64,000 nucleotides of DNA from positions 124,001 to 188,000 of the IMG/VR virus record IMGVR_UViG_3300037805_000644. One strand, written 5' to 3'. Shown in pieces: positions 57,344-64,000 of this stretch. The first letter of the stretch is position 1. Each line of letters starts with the position of its first letter. The translations under genes and the position numbers were made by a program. Below the pieces are notes generated by a model. The model did no database searches. It saw only the letters and a program-made list of their open reading frames with translations, and was not told the origin of the DNA.

Positions 57344-58828
57344 TCAGACGCCGAACACCTTGCTCACGTCGGGGGCGGACTTCCAGAGCTTTTCCAGCAT
57401 ATCCACCGAACCCGGGGCCGCCGAGGCGACGCGAGTCTGGTTCCCAAGGGCGGTGACGCCGTTGCTGGCCTGGCGGGGCTGAGGGGACAGCTCCAGCTCT
57501 TCACCGGCCGTGTGGCCAGGGAGACCGGCGGAGAAAATCTCCTCCAGCAGCTCTTCGTCGGCAGCGGAGAGGGACATGCTGCTGCCCCCACTCAGGCCCA
57601 TGGGGTCATGGCCAGCCGTGTCGAACAGGTTGGCAGCCTTGTCGGCACCATCCTCGTCGTCGTCCTCGTCGCCGTCGTCAGTGGCCTTCTTGCCAGCTTC
57701 GACCGCGTCGTCGTCCTCATCCTCGTCGTCGCCTGCCTTCTTCTTCTTGAGGAAGTCGGGGAACTTGTCGTCCTTCTTGTCGTCCTTCTTGTCGTCCTTC
57801 TTGTCGTCCTTCTTGTCGCCCTTGTCCCACTGCTTCTTGAAAGCTTCGGGGACCTCACCGGCCAGGACCATCTCGCCACAGGCGCTCATCATCCCGACTT
57901 CATCGTCCATGAAGTCGTCAGCCATGCCCATCATCTCATCCGAGGGGTCGAACATGGCGGTGATCAGCTCACCCGAGGTGACCACACCGTCAGAGTCGGT
58001 GTCCACGGCGGCGAAGAGCGCCTTCGATCCGGTCCAATCGTCGGCCAGGGCAAACCCGTCCTCACCACCACCATGGGTGGCGAAGTAGCTGGCAACTCGC
58101 CCCTGGAGGCTGGCGAAACGGGCCGAACCCTTCTTCTCGCCCTTGGCGGTGGAAGACGCCTCAGCACGCTCCTGCTCCTTCGGATCGTTCTGGCTGGCGG
58201 TGATCTGAGCCTTGAGGCCACGGATCTCGGAGGCCATGTGCTGCATCATGGACATCATGTCGTCGCCGGGGGCGCCAACATCGAGATCGTCATCCATGCC
58301 GAACATGTCGTCATCCATGCCGAACATCTCGTCGCCCATGTCGTCCATGTCGTCGCCGAGGAACATGTCATCATCCATGGCCAGGAAGCCGCCACCGACG
58401 CGCTTGAGGCTGGCCGCAAGGTACGAGTTGGGCAGATCCATCATGTCGAGGGCCTGCGACTCAACCAGATCCTGCGTCGCATTCTTGCCGAGCTGATGCT
58501 TGGCGAGAACGAGGCACTTGGCGGCCTTGCGCTGGATCCCAGCAGACAGCTTGGCATCCTTCTGAACCCGGGGGTTCCGCTTGTGCGCCGGGTGGTCACC
58601 ATCCTCGGTGTCGTAGCCGGGAACTGCCGGGGGGTTACCCTCGGGGTACGGGCCCTGGTGGACATCCTCGGCCCAAGCCGAGGTGTCGCCCTTTTGGTAC
58701 TTCTCGTAGGCAGGATCGGCCTGGTGGGCCGGGTGGCCCTGGTCTTCCTTGCCGTAACCGGGAACTGCGGGTGCGGCAGACGCCTTACGGTCCGTCTTGC
58801 TCCACGTCGTGCGAGTGCGATTGCTCAT
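57344..58828 (-). CDS. putative capsid scaffolding protein, acidic low-complexity, with EF-hand motif
   Basis: Between protease and capsid genes; GAGGAG RBS before ATG 58828; DTDSDGVVTSGE loop. Confidence 0.7.
   Translation of the reverse strand: MSNRTRTTWSKTDRKASAAPAVPGYGKEDQGHPAHQADPAYEKYQKGDTSAWAEDVHQGPYPEGNPPAVPGYDTEDGDHPAHKRNPRVQKDAKLSAGIQRKAAKCLVLAKHQLGKNATQDLVESQALDMMDLPNSYLAASLKRVGGGFLAMDDDMFLGDDMDDMGDEMFGMDDDMFGMDDDLDVGAPGDDMMSMMQHMASEIRGLKAQITASQNDPKEQERAEASSTAKGEKKGSARFASLQGRVASYFATHGGGEDGFALADDWTGSKALFAAVDTDSDGVVTSGELITAMFDPSDEMMGMADDFMDDEVGMMSACGEMVLAGEVPEAFKKQWDKGDKKDDKKDDKKDDKKDDKFPDFLKKKKAGDDEDEDDDAVEAGKKATDDGDEDDDEDGADKAANLFDTAGHDPMGLSGGSSMSLSAADEELLEEIFSAGLPGHTAGEELELSPQPRQASNGVTALGNQTRVASAAPGSVDMLEKLWKSAPDVSKVFGV
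57767..57822 (-). repeat. 12-bp coding tandem repeat (KKDD)n
   Basis: gtcgtccttctt repeated about 4 times. Confidence 0.8.
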
Positions 58829-58859
58829 CGTGGTTCTCCTCTGGCGCTCTGCCAGGTCT

Positions 58860-60317
58860 TTACTGTTGTCCCCGAAGGGCCTGGCCCCTTCGGGACATGA
58901 TAGAGCCGAGCCGCAGGAACTTCCTGGCCTCAACTGGATTGGGCTGACGCCCAAAGGCGGAGGCGCAAGCCCCCAGAAAATCTCTGCCGGTACTGTACCG
59001 ACTGGTCGGGCCTGCACTCAGTGCTGCCCGGTATAGGTCTCGATCAACACTAATGCCGGCTGCCTTATCCAGAGCCGCCACGCCCTCAACGAGGGCGATA
59101 TCGGTGCTGGCAATGCGAGTGAGGACACCTACGGCGGCCTCACGCTGGATGGTGTCATTCGGGGCGGTCGAGTCGCCAACGGACTTGGACAGGTCTCGGC
59201 CCCGCATCTCATCTTTGATGCGCTTTTTCACACGCTGCTGCATGTGCTCGGTCAACTCATCCTCGGTCTCATCGAGCGGGGATTTCTTCTCCGCAGGGGG
59301 GGCTTCACCACCCTCCTCAGCAGCGGGGGCATCCCCTTCTTCATCATCCCAGCCGGCGAGGAAAGCATCACCGCCCAGGGAGGCGCCTGTGTGCGTCGCA
59401 CGAGCAGCACGCTGCATCTGGTCCGCATTCCACTCCGGCGGTGGGGTGTTCAGCACCTTGGCAGCCTTGTCGAGCATGGCCTGAGTCGGCTCCAACACAT
59501 TCCGCAGGACTGCTCCCGTGAACGCGGGAGTCTCTACCCAGCTCGCCTCGATGAACCGGACACCGCCCGTGGGGTCGATGCTCTCATGGCCACACAGCTC
59601 TGCAATCCGATGCTGGCGACCCAGCTCATCGAAAAATGCGGTGCCTTTGGCGTACTTGATGTGAGAACACATCTCGGTTTCGTCAGCGGCCCAGTGCCCG
59701 CAACGGGTGCAGACCGTGCCGTCCACGGTGCAACCCATGGACATCGTGGCCATCTTGCCGGACGTGATGGCCTTAACCAACTCGGTGTGCTTGCGGTCCG
59801 TGGCCACCAGAATGTCGATGTAGATCGAATCCCCGATGTCCCGAGCCACTGCATCAATGATGCGGCCCTTGGACTGCTCCTCAATCTGTACGTGCTCGAC
59901 GAAATTGTGCCCACCCACAAACGTCTCAAATGCCTTGAGCAGGACGGGCCGGCTCCAGGCATCGAGGTTGTTGTTGATGAATTTGTCGCAGCTCTGGCGG
60001 ATACGGTACTCGGCGTAACGGCGGTTGACCCGGAAGCCCCCCTCCATGACATGACCGAGCCTCACCCCTTGCGGAGACTCCACATCCACCGAGGCCACGA
60101 TAGTGGCATGGGTGAGCAGGAAGTTCTCAGGGTTGAAGGGCTTGCCCAAGATTTGGGTAGCCCGCTCCACCAGGTTGGAGGACATCGCCACCTTGGTCGG
60201 GCGAAAGGATGAGGCAACCTTCCCGTGCTGCTTAGCGGCGGCTCGGACATTGCCCCATTGCTCTTTCCTGATGGAAGGGGTGGCAACACTGGCGTATGCA
60301 TACTTCATCAAAGGCAT
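58860..60317 (-). CDS. prohead (capsid maturation) protease with Zn-binding insert
   Basis: NNNLDAW, NFVEH, KGRIIDA, MSMGC..CTRCG..CSH, FIEASWVETPA. Confidence 0.8.
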   Translation of the reverse strand: MPLMKYAYASVATPSIRKEQWGNVRAAAKQHGKVASSFRPTKVAMSSNLVERATQILGKPFNPENFLLTHATIVASVDVESPQGVRLGHVMEGGFRVNRRYAEYRIRQSCDKFINNNLDAWSRPVLLKAFETFVGGHNFVEHVQIEEQSKGRIIDAVARDIGDSIYIDILVATDRKHTELVKAITSGKMATMSMGCTVDGTVCTRCGHWAADETEMCSHIKYAKGTAFFDELGRQHRIAELCGHESIDPTGGVRFIEASWVETPAFTGAVLRNVLEPTQAMLDKAAKVLNTPPPEWNADQMQRAARATHTGASLGGDAFLAGWDDEEGDAPAAEEGGEAPPAEKKSPLDETEDELTEHMQQRVKKRIKDEMRGRDLSKSVGDSTAPNDTIQREAAVGVLTRIASTDIALVEGVAALDKAAGISVDRDLYRAALSAGPTSRYSTGRDFLGACASAFGRQPNPVEARKFLRLGSIMSRRGQALRGQQ

Positions 60318-60319
60318 GA

Positions 60320-60940
60320 TTACATCCCCCCCATCATGCGCTGGCGGGCCAGCCGGATGCCGGAGAACGGCTGAGGGGCAGGCCCCGCAGCATCCGCATC
60401 GAAGTAATCAGGGTGACCCATGATATCGCACTTCTTCACCAGGAACATGCACTCAGGGCACCCGAGTAGCTTCTCCCGGGCTCCATCACGCATCTTGTAA
60501 GCAGCAGGGCGGAGACACCCCATCTTGCATTTGGGGCAGGTGTAACTGCCCGTATCAAGCTCTGCTTTTGTAGCCCTGTAATTGCGGTTCTTGGCCGCCC
60601 AATACAGAGACTTTTTGACAAAAGCCTGGGCAACTCGAAGAGAGCTGGCTGCCTTCGGCCCACCGGGGACAGACACGGTTCCGGCCCCACCGGGGACGTT
60701 GTCGTGCTCTGCCTTTGGCGGGATAAGATCTTTGGGTTCGTAACGCCCCAGCTCTTCAACTGGGTAACGCTCACTCCCGTGAGGCCACTCAACATCGACC
60801 ATGCCGATAGCAGGGTAAACCGCCACGACACGACCGCTGTTTTCGTAGTTGCCGCTCATGAAAGGATACACCAGGTCACCGACCCCAAACTCTGAGGCCC
60901 GCTGCTGAAAATCCACGTATGCCGAGCGGTCTTTACTCAC
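60320..60940 (-). CDS. head-module protein with SH3-like and Zn-ribbon parts
   Basis: FGVGDLV..GRVVAV..VDVEW; CPKC..CPEC. Confidence 0.6.
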   Translation of the reverse strand: MSKDRSAYVDFQQRASEFGVGDLVYPFMSGNYENSGRVVAVYPAIGMVDVEWPHGSERYPVEELGRYEPKDLIPPKAEHDNVPGGAGTVSVPGGPKAASSLRVAQAFVKKSLYWAAKNRNYRATKAELDTGSYTCPKCKMGCLRPAAYKMRDGAREKLLGCPECMFLVKKCDIMGHPDYFDADAAGPAPQPFSGIRLARQRMMGGM

Positions 60941-60954
60941 GTCAGTTCTCCGAA

Positions 60955-61533
60955 TCAGGCGTACAGGTTGAAGCCGTGGGCCTTCTTGCCGGACTCTTTC
61001 TCGTCGCCCTCATCCTCATCCTCATCATCCTCAGCAGACTTGACGATCTGGGAGGCAAGGCGTAGAGCTTTGGCAACCCGGGCCTCCTCGGCGAAGCTGA
61101 GGTTGGTGCTCTGGAGAGCAGCCACGAGGCTCAGGAAGCTGGCTTGGACGCCGGCCCGTGCGGGCTGCTCCGCCATGCTCGGAGCAGCAAGGTTGCCACC
61201 CTCCACTTCCTCGCGAAGCTCCCGGTTCTCCTGCTGGGAGAACTGGCCGCCCATGTAACCGGACTCGTCGCCGTCACCCTCAAGAGGACCGCCATCCTCC
61301 CGGCCGATCTCCGAGGGATCGAAGTCAGCGTTCTTGACCTCACCCCCCTCGTCACGCTCAAGGCCAGCGGTGACCTCAATGCGGTCCGAGAGGAGGTCGC
61401 AGCGGTGGGCGAAGTCAGCAGCGATTTTCTCGGGGATCCCGAGTGCTGCGTGCTCTGCCTGAATGAGGGTGGCAACGCGATCCAAAGCGGTAGAAGCCTG
61501 GAAAGCGCCCTTCTTGGTGATACGGTTGGGCAT
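60955..61533 (-). CDS. acidic head-module protein
   Basis: AGGAG RBS; class II motif at 61615-61629. Confidence 0.65.
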   Translation of the reverse strand: MPNRITKKGAFQASTALDRVATLIQAEHAALGIPEKIAADFAHRCDLLSDRIEVTAGLERDEGGEVKNADFDPSEIGREDGGPLEGDGDESGYMGGQFSQQENRELREEVEGGNLAAPSMAEQPARAGVQASFLSLVAALQSTNLSFAEEARVAKALRLASQIVKSAEDDEDEDEGDEKESGKKAHGFNLYA

Positions 61534-61671
61534 GTCTTCGTTCTCCTGTTCCGTCAGGGCCTCAGCGGGATGACAGCTCGGGCGTTGAATGCCCTTCGCT
61601 GATATGGGCTGGGTATAGACGAACGATTGAAAATCGGTGGTTGTAACCCGGTTTACCAGGTCGGTTAAAGT

Positions 61672-63999
61672 TCACGACTTCTTACCTTTACCCTTACCGC
61701 CCGGCCCCACCTTTCTGCCGTCGTTGTGGGCCTCAACCTTCTGGTCAAGGACATCCACCTCGCCTGTCTCACAGACGTGGCGCACACGGGCGACCTGGGG
61801 GTTCAGCTTGTCCGGCGCCTTACCTGTCACCTTCTCGGCGGCGGCGTATGTAGCGCACATGTCCGTCACCTGGAGAGAGTCTGCACCGCCCTTGCATTTC
61901 TCCAGCTCTGCCTGAGTGGTTGCCTTGGCAATGCAGCCTGCCAGCTTGTCGACCGCGTCCTTGAGGGTGCGGTCATTGCCTTTCTCGGCACGTACACGCT
62001 CCGCCAAATCCTCAGGCTTTGTGGTGGGGGCTCCCTTTTCGGGCTCGTCTCCACCACCGCCAAGAGAGTTGAGGAAACCTTGCATGGTGGTCATGTCGTT
62101 GACTGCCAGCATCTTGAGCAGATCTCGGGCGAAAGCTCTCTGCTCTCCGCCCATCAGGTTGTCCTCCCCCTCATCCAGGAGGGCGGCCCCGATGGGCCCA
62201 TATGCGGTGTCCTTGCTGGCGACCACCTCTACCAGATCGGCGTCCGGTAGCGAGTCCAGCGCCTCACGCACCCTAGAGCGTCCCTCAGGCCCGTAAATCT
62301 CAGACCCACCCCGGAGTAGCAGACTATGGTCCCCCTGGGCTGCTAGGGCCTGTGAGAGCACCTGGAAGCTCTTGGAGACCTCATCGGCACCGGGGAGTTG
62401 GCGACCTTGCACTGAGGCAGCTAGAACCATCCCAGACTTGATGGCGTCCAGCTCAATGAACTCGTCGGACTCTGGGTCCAGGTTGCTCAACTGATCTTCA
62501 AGCTTCCGGGCAGCGACATCCATCAGCTCTGTGCCAGCCTTGAGGAACTGCCGGAAAGCATCCTCAGCGCGAGATTGGAGCTGATCAGCGGACTTGGTGC
62601 TGTCGTTGATTGGCACCCCACCCACCAAAGAGGGATCGGACACCACCTGCCGGGCGAACACGTACTCGGCCAGCATCTCTGCCTGAGCCTCTAGGCTCCT
62701 GTCCCCTAGGCCCTTGAGATCCTGCTTGAGTGCCTTGTTGGCGGCCTTGAACGCCTCGGCCCGGAGCCCGTCAGCAGTGAACCGACCTTCCCGAAGCTGG
62801 CTCATATGGGCAGTGTATGCCTCCGCCAGAGCAGCGGCTCCCTTCTCATCCAAATCTCGAATCAGTCGATCTGCGTCCCGAGGGAGATCCTTGGTGACCT
62901 TGCTGAAATCGTCGAGCTGACGCTCATGTTTGGCCCGCTGTTTCTCCCGAGCCTTGCCTCGGTCAGCTTTTTCCTGCTCGGCAGCGGCCTCAGGGTCGGG
63001 CTCCTCTTCCTCAGACTTGCGGTTGCCCTCGGCCATCCGCTTGGCGGCGGGCTCATCCGTGGCAGAGGTGGGCTGCTTGGCGCCCGGAGGCCAGACCCCC
63101 CACCCGTTTCGGGTTTGCCAGTAATCGCCCTCTTTCTTGTCAGCGTCTGGGGCGACCCGAGCTGCGATCCTGGTGGCCGTGGCACTGCCCCACCCGCCGA
63201 CCCGCACGGCTGCGTCCTGGGCCTTCAAGTGCGTGTGGACCCCCTTGAGGATGATCTGCTTGTTCCTCGGGGTCAGGTACGGCTCGATGTCTGGCCACTT
63301 GGAGTCCTTCAACGCCTCCCTGACGGCCATATTGAAACCCATGCCGTAACCCATGAACTCTTGAACGGAGTCCCCCACCTGGGTCACCACATCGCGCATC
63401 AGCGCCCGGACCTCTGCGGGGTGGTTGTGGTGGTGCCGCTTCAAATCTTCCATTGACCCGGAGAGATCACCCGCCGAACCCTTGCCAGACCAAACGTCTG
63501 CCGCGTGGGTCAACTCATGGGCGAGGAGACGGTACAGCTCATCCTCGATGATCCGAGTGGGACGTTGCTCGAACGACCGAAGGTAAGGGTTGACGAACAC
63601 CCTCATCAGCGGACCCTCCCCACGGCGCTTGAGGAAGCCCCCGTGAAGCAATTCGTTGTTGAACGGGTCAGGGTGCCTGCGTGGGGATCCCGTCAACAGG
63701 ATCTCCACATCAATCTCATTGCCCAGGACGTTGGTGATGTACAGATACTCCTGAGCAACCACCTGACCTGGCCTGGGGAGCCCCCGCTGGCGGAGTTGTA
63801 GGGCCAGCTTCTTGGAGAGGGCCTTGATCTCCCGAGTGGGCAACCGGATGGGACGGGCCGCCTGTTTGGTGGAGGCGAGATCTCGGCCCTTGGGGGCGTC
63901 GTCAGGGTTGACCACACGCACGACTTCAAGGGCACGAGGGTCGTAGGTCTGGTTGCCCACTGTGGACTGCCAACCCTCCATCCAGAAACCCACAGCGCC
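61672..63999 (-). CDS. large protein with zincin HExxH domain, 5'-truncated by window edge
   Basis: LLAHELTHAAD..HPAEVRA; frame open to the window end. Confidence 0.65.
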   Translation of the reverse strand, partial: GAVGFWMEGWQSTVGNQTYDPRALEVVRVVNPDDAPKGRDLASTKQAARPIRLPTREIKALSKKLALQLRQRGLPRPGQVVAQEYLYITNVLGNEIDVEILLTGSPRRHPDPFNNELLHGGFLKRRGEGPLMRVFVNPYLRSFEQRPTRIIEDELYRLLAHELTHAADVWSGKGSAGDLSGSMEDLKRHHHNHPAEVRALMRDVVTQVGDSVQEFMGYGMGFNMAVREALKDSKWPDIEPYLTPRNKQIILKGVHTHLKAQDAAVRVGGWGSATATRIAARVAPDADKKEGDYWQTRNGWGVWPPGAKQPTSATDEPAAKRMAEGNRKSEEEEPDPEAAAEQEKADRGKAREKQRAKHERQLDDFSKVTKDLPRDADRLIRDLDEKGAAALAEAYTAHMSQLREGRFTADGLRAEAFKAANKALKQDLKGLGDRSLEAQAEMLAEYVFARQVVSDPSLVGGVPINDSTKSADQLQSRAEDAFRQFLKAGTELMDVAARKLEDQLSNLDPESDEFIELDAIKSGMVLAASVQGRQLPGADEVSKSFQVLSQALAAQGDHSLLLRGGSEIYGPEGRSRVREALDSLPDADLVEVVASKDTAYGPIGAALLDEGEDNLMGGEQRAFARDLLKMLAVNDMTTMQGFLNSLGGGGDEPEKGAPTTKPEDLAERVRAEKGNDRTLKDAVDKLAGCIAKATTQAELEKCKGGADSLQVTDMCATYAAAEKVTGKAPDKLNPQVARVRHVCETGEVDVLDQKVEAHNDGRKVGPGGKGKGKKS

Positions 64000-64000
64000 C

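Noticed and set aside
58895-59050. Possible class II motifs upstream of the scaffold gene
   Set aside because: Spacer is 6 rather than 7 nt and both lie in coding sequence; not counted
39708-60212. Long antisense ORFs such as 39708-41075, 42254-43594, 50949-52376, 57299-58900 and 59244-60212
   Set aside because: Each overlaps a well-supported gene on the opposite strand
1-64000. Alternative genetic code, introns/inteins, tRNA genes
   Set aside because: Recognisable genes are intact in the standard code and all three stops are used; no intein, intron or tRNA signature was noticed by eye (tRNAscan-SE not run)

Overview
A 64-kb segment of a large, GC-rich tailed dsDNA phage with a contractile tail (myovirus); no host housekeeping context, integrase, tRNA, rRNA or CRISPR array was seen. 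The minus strand carries the morphogenesis module: prohead protease, scaffold, decoration protein and major capsid protein at 55.5-61.5 kb, neck/adaptor/tail-completion candidates, three tandem paralogous virion proteins, GroES, and a 1767-aa tail sheath. It is interspersed with nucleotide/RNA metabolism genes (ThyX, dCMP deaminase, MazG-like, Nudix, PhoH, CCA-adding enzyme), GIY-YIG and Zn-finger/Vsr-like endonucleases, and small genes mostly on the plus strand. Terminase, portal, tail tube and DNA polymerase were not recognised. A lipoprotein with myxobacterial-style motifs hints at a Myxococcota host (inference). Main observations: (1) a volactin-like actin with a translationally coupled candidate adaptor inside the virion-assembly gene string; (2) two recurring promoter-like motifs that partition the genes, GGTAAC-N16/17-GTAG (11 copies) and YRRT-N7-CTAT (15 copies); (3) unrelated effector-domain proteins (ART, GNAT, DUF4258 RNase-like, zincin, SWIM), most sharing a short RVAxx[FWY]-like motif with head proteins, a candidate capsid-loading/processing system; (4) a free-standing ~180-nt structured RNA with its own sigma70-type promoter and terminator. 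All family assignments are by-eye motif recognition; no searches were run.
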